This document shows, one piece after another, positions 1 through 11,593 of a DNA stretch of 64,000 bases. Within the stretch, counting starts at the first letter, position 1. Each line of letters opens with the position of its first letter. Source of the DNA: Azolla caroliniana (Eukaryota; Plantae; Polypodiophyta); assembly GCA_043228905.1 (NCBI GenBank), contig JBHGNT010000012.1:17732001-17796000 (forward strand). The letters are read 5' to 3'. The notes under the pieces were generated by a model. It saw only the letters and a list, made by a program, of their open reading frames with translations. It had not been told where the DNA came from and searched no databases. Position numbers and translations under genes: made by a program.

Positions 1-111
1 GTGTTTGTTTTACATATAAAGTGCTTGGAAATGTATGTAAATGAACATGAATTTTATTTGTTGTGAATTTTTTTCTATTTCTTTGTCCATAAAATAGTGG
101 ATAAATAAACA

Positions 112-114
<3 letters not shown>

Positions 115-180
<66 letters not shown>
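115..180. repeat. (CT)n microsatellite
   Basis: Uninterrupted CT dinucleotide run. Confidence 0.95.
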
Positions 181-184
<4 letters not shown>

Positions 185-409
185 CTTTTTTATTGTCAAT
201 ATCATAATCATCTCCAATAACATCTTTCCCACTGAGAATAGCAACATACGATGTTTTCTAATGTTTTGTAGAATCAATACACTTTTTGCCTCTTGTAATT
301 TTCATTACCACATCCATCAACAATCATCAACTCACTTCCTATTGTTGTGTCAGCCATCCTAATAGAGATTGAGATAACTAACTTGAGACGATGACACTTT
401 TGCTTGTAG

Positions 410-411
<2 letters not shown>

Positions 412-476
<65 letters not shown>
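412..476. repeat. (CT)n(AT)n compound microsatellite
   Basis: CT run followed directly by an AT run. Confidence 0.95.
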
Positions 477-479
<3 letters not shown>

Positions 480-2669
480 TTGCAACACCTATAAGCAAAG
501 CTTCAATTATGGTTTTGTTCGGGGACACATACATGAGAAACAACCCAATTTCTTTCCTTTTATTCATGTCTTATATATAAGGATTTACATAAGAAGGTTA
601 TCTATAACGCTCTCAACATCTTTGATCAACTTCAACTGTGGCATGTGTTAGTTTGTTTCAACCATAAGGTTATGGATATACCGACCTTTTCTTTGCATTG
701 TTATGTGTAAAAGTCATGGTTGCTTCTTTTCAATGTCTTATTTTTTTAGTTAATAGAGACGATGTCACACATTAAACAATCATACTCTCTTATGCATAAA
801 AATATATTCTCTTATATCTTGTATGTGGTCATCCATATTGTTTTCGTTAAGTTGCAAGAGTTCTTTATAAAAGAGCATTCGTCCATGCTTGTTTTATTCT
901 ACCCTCCTTTTTATCGTGTTGTATGTACACATCCATTGTTTTATACTTGCCGTTATATGTGTGTCTTATGCATAGGATTATTCATATGATACTTAATTTT
1001 ATTCCGCCTTTCATTTTGTTGCGTGTTTTACGCATAAAATGATAAATTTGAGTTCATTCTATGTAAAAAGCATAGCTTGAGGGATCAAAACTAGATGTGG
1101 ATGATAATGATGACATGGATACCAAATAAAAAACATGTGATTAGACTCCAAGAACCATGTAAACTTCCATATTCATTATTAGAATAAGCTAATTGTATTA
1201 TGTTCTAGTTTGATTTTTACAGGGTTTATCGTTTTGATGATGTGTTTCAATTGTAATTTTTTGTTAAATATGTAATATGTAATATATATCAACTACAAAC
1301 AAGTGATTTGAATTATACTTTGACAACTCCCCTTCTATGGGTATGGTCAATGTTGAAAATAACCTAAATTTGGTAGAAAGAGCTTAAAAAAACACACACG
1401 TTAGGGGAGAAAAACTATGAAGGCGAAGGTTGACTTTTTGGGTTTCTGCTGAATTTGATTATTTAAATCTGAGGAGAAAGGTTCTATTAGTCCTCTTGGA
1501 ATTATGCACTAATTATGGCAATTAGCACTTGAAAATGGTTTAGTTTAAGCCAATAACGAGTTACAAAACAAGAACTTAATCAATAGGTTTAGGGTTTAGA
1601 GTAGTTTGTTGGTTGTTCCCTCTCCTTTTCCTCCCTTCCTTGCTACTCGTTGGTCCTCCTTCTTCCTTCTGCTCTTTCATGAAACCTTTCCATGAAGTGA
1701 ATATTCGTCACTTCTTATTCATGAGAGTCACCCAATTGGAAGGGCATCAAATTTTAGAGTTTGAGTCCTGATGCCTGTCGAAATTTTAACATTAAATCCC
1801 CTTTGTTATTCATAAATCAGAGCCATGAATTTTTCATGACATGCCTTGCATGAATGGCTCAAAGGTGGTTTGCCTCTTGCAAAAATAAAGGTTGATTATG
1901 CGAAACTTTTAGTCTGATGCTCAAATTGAAAATTGAAAATTATGTCATGATCATTGTTAATCTTGATTCACCAATAACACAATTTATAACATAATTTTGA
2001 AATGAGTAGAATTTGAAACATTAAGGCAATTATATATTTTCTGCAAATCAAATTACAATAAATTCGAGGGGATAAAATCAAAACAAGATAGAATAAGTTC
2101 TTTTAGAATAGTTAAATTTGACAACATGGAGCAAGAGCGATTAAGATAAAGATAAGCATCAAGGGGATATCCTTGAGTATCGAGGTATGATCAATAACAC
2201 ATTGGCTTGGTGTTCAAATATATTATTGCTTCATTGGTGCCACTAGAGCATTATAACTTATGTTTTCCCCTCCATCACGCGTTGCAAGTTTCAAACGCTT
2301 AAAGTTACAGTTCCAATGGATACCCCATGATTCGGGAGCTCCATCCACTGTTAAAATGGGATCGCTATTGTCGTGGCATCCTCCTACACTAGGAGTTGGT
2401 GTGTACACGAATTCCATAGAAATTAATGGGGTCTTTGATTATCTACGATGCAAAAATCCCTACCTTTTCCCACAATAACTCATTCCTCGACGCAACCTTC
2501 ATGTCCTCGTATTTTATTATGGTAACTGCTTCGTCTTGAATCTTTACCTATTGTAAACCTTGACATTTTGGCGTTTTTCTCCATTCATACACACCACATT
2601 ACCATACTAGCATCAAGAAAACTAGGTAGAATTATTGCCACTAGATGAGTTCTCTTACAATAACAATAC

Positions 2670-3898
2670 CCTCGTAGAGTAAGTTGAGAATGTAGTGCAG
2701 TTGAGAGATCATTATTCCGATTGGTGTCCGAATTACTTCAATGCCTAGGAAGTAATGGGGCTCGTGCAAGTCTTTCATTTCAAATCTCCCGGAGAGAAGT
2801 GATTTGACCTTGTTAATCTCAGTGAGATCCGTTCCTCTGATGACCAAATCATCCACGTAGGATGATGATAATCGGACTGTCCGACTCGTTTCGGATGTAC
2901 AAAGAATTATTAGATTTTGACATTCGAAATCCGATTTGATGAAGATACTACATGATCTTCGAATGCCACGCACGTAGTGCTTGTTTGAGGCTGTAGAGTG
3001 GCTTCTTGAGTCAGCACATGACGTTCGGATGATTATGTGATTCAAAATCGGGTGGTTGGATCATGTATACCTCCTCTTCTAATTCACCTTGAAGAAAGGC
3101 ATTCTTGATGTCCATCTGGTGGAGGTGCCACCCTTTCTCTGTTGCGATTGCAATCACGGTTTGCACAGTTATCATCTTTGCCACCGGGGCAAAGGTCTCT
3201 TCGTAGTCAACTCCATGCGTTTGTGCGTATCCTTTTGCAATGAGTCGTGCTTTGAAGCGATTTATGGAGATGTCAACATTATGTGTCACTTTGCAAATCC
3301 ATCGGCAGCCAATCGTGTTCTTGTGCGGAGTGTGAGGAATGAGATCCCATGTCTTGTTTTTGCATAGGGCTTGCATTTCTTCATTCATCACGTCAACCCA
3401 TCGCGGATCCTTTACGGCTTCGAAAAGGGTTTCCAGCTCCCGTATTGACGCTACCTTCATAATAAAGGCGTAATGATACGCCATGTACTCGTCGTAGCCG
3501 TAACGACTTACGAGGTTCTTTTCTCGGGTCGACCAGCGTAGTTTTTCGTTCGCGAATATTGAGGCTTTCTTCACATCATTTGTTTGGGTATGGAGACCTT
3601 CGAACTCACTATCAAGGGAGTGAGTCGATTCATTGCCGTCGAAGTGATCGTCTTCATACTCCGACATTTTCACATTCCCTTTGTCCAGCTTCGGACTCGG
3701 CAAAGATGTGCTTTGATCGCTCGGAGGCTCTTGTGGCCCACTACGCCTTGTCGTAATCGGGCTTTCTTTGAACATGCGCGTGAGCTGATCTTCGGCTTCT
3801 ATCTCTATTTTGGCGGATTCCGGGTCGAGTGGAATCGGAGTTGAAGTGGTCTTTGGTGCGTACCAGGATGCAGACTCGTCGAAAATGACGTCTCGACT
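2670..3898 (-). mobile_element. Ty1/Copia family C fragment (end of integrase to partial RT), decayed
   Basis: SRDVIFDE, RWVDVMNEEMQAL..NKTWDL, FKARLIAKGYAQ..GVDYEETFAPV, HQMDIKNAFLQG and YVDDLVI motifs, with frameshifts. Clearly different in sequence from Copia A/B. Confidence 0.9.
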
Positions 3899-6281
3899 CT
3901 TCATCTGAATCCGTTTCGGGATCCTAGCCGGTTCCGGTATCAACTTCTTCTTCCTCAGCCGGTTTTGTCTCCTTACCGTCACCGGCCGGTTCATCGAGTG
4001 CTAACCGGTCTCTTGTCGGTTGGGTCTGCTCATCGTAGAATTGATCCTTACCGGTCGACTCTGAGTTCATTATCTTCTTCTTCGACTCCCAGTCGGCGAG
4101 CGTCTTGTCCTCCATGAAGATAATATCTCGACTCCGGAATACCTTCTTGTCGACCGGGTCCCACACTCGGTAGTCGAACTCATCGTCGCCGTAACTGAGG
4201 AATATGCATGGCCGGGTCTTTGGATCCAACTTTCCTCTCCGGTCCTTGGCAACATGCACATACACGAGACACCCGAACACCTTCAGATGCCAGTAGGACA
4301 CTTCCTTACCGGTCCAGACTCTCTGTGGCGTGTCTCCGTCCAAGGGTACTGAGGGTGATCTGTTTATCGCATATGTCACCGTCGACAGTGCCTCAGCCCA
4401 AAACGTCTTGGGTAGTTTTGCATGCGCCAGAATACCCCGGACCCTCTCCATTATGGTCCAGTTCATCCTCTCGGCCAGCCCGTTTAGTTCCGACGTCTTC
4501 GGTACGGTAAATTCGAGCTGGATTGCCTTCAAGCGATAGTACTCCTCGAACTGCCCCCGGTATTCTCCTCCGTTATCTGCTCGAACCGCCTTCAGTTTTC
4601 GACCGGTTTCTCTTTCCACTCTCGCGTGGAGCTCTTTGAAGATGGATAGCACCTGATCCTTCGTCTTCAACGGCGTGACCCACAACATCCGGCTGTGGTC
4701 ATCTATGAACGTCACGAAATACTGCGATCCGGCATGTGACTTCGTGTCCACTTGACACACATCAGTATGCAGCAACTCCAGTGGTGCATTTCGTCTCATC
4801 GGTGGCCTCAATCGGAAGGCGGTTCGGTTTTGCTTACCGGCCAGGCAGTCGGTGCACTTCTCAAGGTGCACGTGCTTCACTGGAATGAGGTTGTTGTCTG
4901 CAAGCCTCTTCATCCCCTTCTCGCTCATGTGACACAACCTCTTGTGCCATAGCTCATCGGCCGTGTCGGATGCCACGTTCACTTCCTCCGGACATAACCA
5001 GGCATTCATCAGGTACAAAGTGTTGACTTTTCGAGCCCGAGCCACTATCAAGCTCCCTTTGCTGAATTTCATGATGTCGTTCCGAATGCTACCCATGTAG
5101 CCTTCATCATCCAGTCGACCGGTTGATATCAGGTTCAATCGAACCTCTAGAACGTGTCAGACATCTTTCAGCAACATCTTGCATCCGGTTGATGTCGTCA
5201 ACCACCAAGGTTGTTAGGTACGTTAGGTACGGTACAGATACTATACGTATTTAACGTATTAATACCCGTATAGTACCTCCCAATTTAAAAATACGTTAAA
5301 TACGTTTTTTTTAATATGTTAAATACTTATAAAATACGTAAAGTACATAAAATACGTATTTTACGTATAGTACGTTAAATACTTCTAGAATTTGAAAATT
5401 ATTTACCTTTCTAAAAAATATCTATAATATTGTAAAAAAATCTATGTTTACACAATTTTGTGATGTACAATATAGTTCTACATCCTAAAATGCATATAAG
5501 ACATTTGAACATTTCACATCCTAAAATACTTGTCGTAATATGGATGTCGACATTCCCTTATTCTATAAATCAGTGTAAGTGTGTATCACGATGTTCTACT
5601 TCAAATTGTAATTATTTACAATTATGCCTTCATAGATTGAGGAATAGTCTACGATTATCACACTCATGATTGGTTTCTCTTTTCTTTGTTTTCTTCTTCT
5701 TCTTCTTCTTCTATCTTCTGCGATTATCACACTCAAGATAGGTTTATGTCTTCTTTTCTCTCTTCATCTTCTTCATTGTCATCTCTTCTATTCTTCTTTC
5801 TTCTTTCCTTTGGCTTCTTTTTCAGTAAAATCTTTTTTTTCTTTTGCTTTTTGTTAGGGTTTTATTTACATTTTCTTTATAAATACGTATTATACTTGTT
5901 TTTTTATAAATACGTTAAATACCGTATTGGACAAATGTACATGATATTTGACTGAACAACATTGAGGTATAGTACATACTATACAAATGATTAGGTACTA
6001 TACGTATTTAAACGTTAAATACGGGTACGTAAACAACCATGGCGACTCAACCACACATCTCCTATGCCGACAATTCGGCATGTACCTTCATTCCCCATCC
6101 GAACACGGCTGTGGTCACCGGCCGAGTAGGATGAGAAGCATTTTCTATCCGGGGTCAGGTGGAACGACACTCCGGAATTGACCACCCAGGTCATCTCATT
6201 GCTGGCAAGGTTCAGTTCACTCTCCTCGGTGATGAGCACTAGCTCCTCTTCACTTGCTGCGATTGCCGTCGTTCCTTTCCG
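3897..6281 (-). mobile_element. Copia A, distal part (protease and integrase); RT, RNase H and 3' LTR deleted
   Basis: WVVNSGVSFHLT protease; LWHKRLCHMS..CTDC, ELLHTDVC, RADNGGEY and NGLAERMN integrase motifs. Continues the gag at 16528+ once Copia B is removed; interrupted by a MITE at 5206-6041. Confidence 0.92.
5206..6041. mobile_element. hAT-like non-autonomous DNA transposon (MITE) inside Copia A
   Basis: AT-rich insert with TIRs CAAGGTTGTT...AACAACCATG (9/10 match). 8-bp duplication TCAACCAC at 5198-5205 and 6047-6054. Subterminal TACGTATTTAA-type repeats. The homologous Copia B site (~14680-14700) is uninterrupted. Confidence 0.8.
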
Positions 6282-7282
6282 TGACGAGAACTCAACGCTC
6301 GTTATGCACAACGCTCGGCCACCACCGAACTTAGAATCATACACAGAAAACAAGAAACGAAAACACGACACAAAGGAGAAGAAAAAAAGTACACAAGATG
6401 TTCACGTGGAAAAACCCAAACTAAGGGGAAAAACCACGGCAACCCACAGGCTGCAAACTATCACAATGTTGGAATGTACAAACTGTGAGTTCACGGAGGC
6501 AACGACCTCGTGCTCACGATCTTCGTCACAGGCGGCGGTTACAACAGAGGCAACAACCTCTTTCTCTCTCCCTCTCTGTACACTGTTACGTTGTCGTGAA
6601 GAAAACTGTCCCTTAGCGCAATCGGTGCATAGCGCGCGTGAACCGGCGCTTCACGCGTGCGCGCCCTTAATGTATATAATAGGGAATTAGGTACATAGAG
6701 GTATCCTGGGTAGTTAGATTCGGTAGGTAGGAAGTAAATGAGGGAGACAACTCCTTTCTTGACGCTATAAAGGAGAGGGAGACGCAGGGAGAAGGGATCA
6801 CGCATTAAGGAGGACGAAGTGCGGTCGGACCGTAACCGAACGCTTCTCCTCTGTTCGTTCTCCATCGCTCTTCTCTGCAGGTTTTCGGGAGGCTCGCGCT
6901 GCTTCGAGGAACGCCCGTGTGCTTCCGACAGCACCTCCACCCTTTTCTCCTTTCGTGCGCATACGAACAAGCATCGACATCTGTTCACCGGCCTGTTCGG
7001 TTGTAACCGCTCGCGTGTTCTGTTGTGTATTTGTTATTCGTTAATATACAAACACTTGTGTCTCCCTGTCTTTGTGTCCATTCACGTCTTCTGTGTTGAC
7101 GGGCCGTGCCCTTGTGTTTCTTTGCTCATACGTGACAGGGTGTCTCTCTCTTTCTCTTTCCCCTTCTATCACCTGCTCTTCGGTTCAAGACCCCGGTGGT
7201 CCCGCCTCGTTTCTCCACGCACGCGCGTAGTAACGCGACATATTTGGTGAACTCAACGTGAAGAGGCGGCAGAGGAGTGGAG

Positions 7283-9409
7283 ATGAGGGGGTCGGATCTT
7301 GCAGAGGCCATGGCTTTGGCCGTGGACCGGATAGTGAGCGTGCGCGAGGGCACCGGCGCCCTTGACAGGGCTATTGAGGCGATCGTCGGTATGATCGGCC
7401 AGTTCAGTGGAAAGGATGCCACGAGTTATTTGGCGTCCTACCGGGTGGAGATGTTGATGAGGGATATTTCGGAAGAGAGGCGTCTTGCCGGATTCCCTCG
7501 AGTGGCAATGCCCAACATCCATGCGGAGGTGCTCGAAGTCCGGGCAGAGAGCTGGACCTGGGAGGAGTTCGAAGGACGGCTCCTGGAGAAATACGGGCTG
7601 GATGACGCGCTTTGACTTTCGAAGCGGGGCTTCATGGAGTGGGTGGAGTCCCCCAACAAAGGAAGAAATGCGTCGGTACTCCTCTAGGAGTTTGAGGAAC
7701 GCTTTGCGCACCTTTCGGCGCTCGATCGGACCGTTCTGGACACAAGTCGTGTCCTAATGTTTGTCAAATTGGTTGACGCACGGGATCGGGGGCAAGTGGG
7801 CTCATTACTGGAAACCGAAGACGGGCTGACGGCCGATTGGGCCGCGGTAAAAAGAGTCTGTGGTTGTTTTGACAAACGGTGGGAGTGGGCTAATACAGAG
7901 GCGACCGGGGCGGGACCTGTCGCAGCAAGGAAGCTTGAACCGATACCGCAGGCGCAAAGGGAAGAGACCCGGGAGTGGCTCGAAACCGGTTCGGCTCCGA
8001 CCGGCGTGGTCAGAGGCTCGTCCAGGGGAACAACTTTGGAGGAGTTGACACGAGTGGTAAAGGATCTCCAGATCGCCCAGGCTCGGAGGGAAGGCAGCGA
8101 TCAGGCTCGTGACCGACGGCCTCCGGCAGGAAGTAGGTGCATGTGGTGCGACGAGGTCGGCCACATCCGGAAAGACTGCGGGGACTTTACGGAGGCTTTG
8201 AGAAGCCGGGTAGTGTACTTTTGGGAAGGTCGGGTGCACGCCAGTGATACCCGGAGGGCCCTGAACCGAAACAACGGGCGAGGAGGAATGAAAAGGCTGA
8301 TGGAAGAGGCGGCAACCCGGCACGCGGAGACCGTCCACTACTCAGCGTCAGCCGGTATTCGGGTCGGAGGCAGCGAGGCCCGGAAGGAGAGCAAAGCCGG
8401 GTTCGGGCCGATGGTGCTGGAAGGCCTCGCCGGTGCCCGACTAAAGAGAGACGAGGCGGACCACGCGGAGAAGCGGGTCCAGGAGGTAACCGGGTGGAGT
8501 GACCCGGTCGAAGAAAAGACGGGTTTCGTCGAAGCAGCTTGCCAGAACTACAAGGCTCTGGTTGAAGACAAACGGGTAGGTAAAACCGGAGGGGCCGGAC
8601 CCTCACAGAGATACGAAACCCGATTCGGGCCGAAACGGAACGAGGGCGGTGAGTCCAGTGCCCGGGATAACCACAAGAAGGGCGGATACCGTTTGGGCAC
8701 GGAGATCGAAAGGACCACGGACCTACGAAAGGTCCTGGAAGAACGAATCCTCGACAGCAAAGTGGAATTGTCGTTGCGGGAGGTGCTCGGGATCGCCAAG
8801 AAGGAGTTCCTTGACTCCATCGTGGACTTGGTGAAGAGGAAGAGGCTGTCGATGGAGGCAGAACCGGAAAGGCCGGTGGAGGTGCGGACGGTGCACATAG
8901 AGGACATGGCGCTGGAAGACGAGTGGGCGGAGAGCCACTATTCGAGGCCACACTGGGCCCGAGCGACCACGGAAACCCCGGTGAAGATCGGAGATGTTTA
9001 GGAACCGGTGGTGGCGTTGGTGGACCACGGTTCGAAAATAAACCTGATGTCCATGGACTTCTACAAGAAGGGGAAATGGCCGATCAACACTAAATACGGG
9101 TGGAAGATACGAGCAGCGACACGCGCCACCGAGGAACTACATGGGGCCTACCCAAACGTGTGAGTCAAGATCGGCGACGTCGAGATAAACCAACACTTCT
9201 TTGTGCAGGAGACGTCCTCGCACCCGGTCATACTGGGAGAACCGTACGTTACAGCAGTGCGAATGGAGACCAAGGTGCTGGACAACGGGTCGGCTTACGC
9301 GAGGGTCAAGAGTCAGGACGGGCGTCATTCGGTCCAGTTCCTGACGGTGCGACCGAACCACGAGCGAAACCGCGAGTCCCTTGGTGGTGAGAACCGAGAG
9401 GATTTTTAG
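7283..9409 (+). pseudogene. gag-pro: Gag-protease ORF of element T (one frame, 4 premature stops)
   Basis: ORFs at 7277, 7757 and 9203 share one frame; stops at 7613, 7685, 8999 and 9161. Zinc knuckle CMWCDEVGHIRKDC; protease ALVDHGSKINLM...VILGEPY. Confidence 0.85.
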
Positions 9410-9465
9410 AGAGGGCTGCCAAGGCGTGGGGCCGCGACAGTCCGGACACTCCGGGAAAACCCCAC
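9400..9465 (+). promoter_or_regulatory. Putative -1 programmed ribosomal frameshift signal (slippery heptamer plus pseudoknot)
   Basis: G_GAT_TTT at 9400-9406 followed by TAG. Stem 1 GGGCTG 9413-9418 / CAGTCC 9438-9443; stem 2 GTGGGG 9426-9431 / CCCCAC 9460-9465. The -1 frame is the RT frame. Confidence 0.75.
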
Positions 9466-11593
9466 AAATGTACGATAGAAGCGAAACCGAAGAAACCTTG
9501 TACCATAAGTAGGAAGTTTTGTTTCTCCGACAATGGAGGGTGTACGATAGTCGGCGTCGTAGGCCGAGAAAAGACAAGGGCGGAAGAGCGACTTCGGGCG
9601 TGCAGAGTTCTCGGGCCCAACGAGGAAATCAACGGAGCCGTGGAGGCGGTCTCCTTCGACGATACCTTGGGAATATTGCGAGAGGTGGTCGGAGAGGGCC
9701 TTAAAGAGGACCGGACGATACCGGTTTGTTCAGAAGAGATGTACGAAGTCATCGCGGACTTCAGTTGAGGGCTCAAGTCGGATCGGACGGCCCGGGTTAA
9801 CACGAAGTACAAGATTGTGGACCGGAAGGTAAGGCCAGTCGCGGCACCCTTACTGGAGGGCAGCGAGTTGCGAATCAAGGGGGTCGCGTCGGACCCCAGT
9901 TTACGAGATCCGGCCTACATAGACGCCTTCACCGACAGAACGCTATGGGAGCTCAAAATCGGTGGGGGCGGGTTCCTACTGCCGGCGGAAGAAGACCGGT
10001 TTCGGAGAATGCTCGGAAGGCACGGGAAAGCCTTCGCATTCTCGCCGGGAGAGATCGGGTGCGTAGACCCGGCAGTCGTAAAGCCGATGGTGATATTCAC
10101 GGTACCGCATGTGCCGTGGAATCTCAAACCAATTCCGGTACCGAGAGCTCACATCCCGGAGCTGATGGAGCTGATGGAGCTGTTAAGGCAGAAAGTCGAT
10201 ATGGGTATCCTCGAACCGTCAAGTGCCCCGTACTCGAACCAGTGGTTTACCGTACCGAAGAAGAACGGGACGTTGCGCTTCATTCAAGACCTGCAACCGG
10301 TCAACAGAGTGACTATTCAGAACGCAGGAATCGGACCAACGATAGACGAGTTCGCGGAAGCCTTCGCCGAAAGGTCGATCTACTCGGTCGGTGATCTGTA
10401 CTCGGGGTACGATCAGTTCCAACTAGCCGTAGAGAGCAGAGACATTACGACGATGCGGACTCCTCTCGGCCTAGTGCGGATGTGTACCCTGCCACAAGGA
10501 GGGACGAACTCGGTGGCCCACATGGTGAATGCGATGAACAAGGTGCTGAGGGATTGTATCCCGGACATCACCATGCCATTCTTGGACGACATCCCGATCA
10601 AGGGATGTCCGGTGGAGAAAAAGGACGAATGCCGGAAATTCGTGGCGACACACATTGACGACTGCGAGAGGGTGCTGCAGAGGCTAGAGGACGCGAGGCT
10701 CACCTTCTCCGGGGAGAAATCGGCCTTCGGGCAATCAGAAATCATGGTCGTCGGACATCTATGCGGACCGTATGGCCGGAAACCGTCTCCGGCTAAGGTG
10801 GAAGCCATCTTCGCAATGAAGCCCGACTGTAACTCGATCATGGAGGTACGAAGGTTCTTGGGAGCATGCGCGTTCTACCACATATGGATTTCGCATTACG
10901 CCCACGTTGCCGAGCCACTATACGGGTTGCTGAAAAAGGGGCGAAAATTCGAGTGGCGAGACGAGCATACGGAGTCAGTCCGAAAGATGAAGGAGGCTCT
11001 TGCTGCAGCTCCGGCACTCCGGAAGGCTATCTACGAGAAAGGCACTCCCATCTACATAACGGTAGATACAAGTCCGACCGGGATCGGATGGGTCGTCAAC
11101 CAAGAAGATAAGGACGGCATTCGGTTCCCAATCCGGTTCGGCGCGAAGGTCCTCAGCGAGCGACAACGAGGATACACCCAGGTTAAACGCGAACTCTAGG
11201 GTATCGTTTCGACGGTAAAGGCCGACAAAGACTATCTGATCGGGACAGAGGTGATTATCGAGACGGACTGCCTGCCGATTCTCGGCATGGTTTCCGGATG
11301 CGCAACCTCGGACCTGGCAATGCTCACGTGGATAGCGTACATCAAGTCCCTGGATCCGGAAATACGACACATTTCCGGGAAAGACAATGCCATGGCCGAC
11401 ATGCTTTCGAGGGCGCGATTCGACAACGAGGGCGGCATGGTTTCAGAGGACGAGGAAGTCGGCGTGGACTTCTTCGAGGCGGCTTACGTAACAACCGAGG
11501 GGGGGAGCACTCCGGCGCTTAGCGATTTCAACGAGAGCAAGTACGACGGGGAGTGGCTGTAGATTGGGGGATTCTTGAGGACGATGACGCCGG
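9400..11593 (+). pseudogene. pol: Pol (RT-RNase H) of element T, in the -1 frame relative to gag-pro
   Basis: TKYKIVDRKVRPV, WFTVPKKNGTLRFIQDL, DLYSGYDQ, LPQGGTNSV, FLDDIPIKG; RNase H ITVDTSPTGIG..IETDCLP..NAMADMLSR. In-frame stops at 9766, 11197 and 11560. Confidence 0.9.

Larger units (their letters stand above)
6592..11593 (+). mobile_element. Ty3/Gypsy element T with tRNA-Trp PBS, 3'-truncated, inserted in the Copia B 3' LTR
   Basis: LTR 6592-7240 (TGTCG...CGACA, TATA-like ~6765). PBS TGGTGAACTCAACGTGAA at 7245-7262 (16/18 to the plant tRNA-Trp 3' end as recalled). Domain order gag-PR-RT-RNase H. Confidence 0.92.

Noticed and set aside
274-651. 97-aa and 86-aa ORFs
   Set aside because: Translations of CT/AT microsatellites
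6270-6295. LTR end fused directly to internal sequence, suggesting autointegration or gag deletion
   Set aside because: Explained by Copia B inserting into Copia A; the matching TSD TTCCG is at 16528
7805-9878. Long antisense ORFs (177, 254 and 190 aa)
   Set aside because: Shadows of GC-rich gag-pol; no motifs
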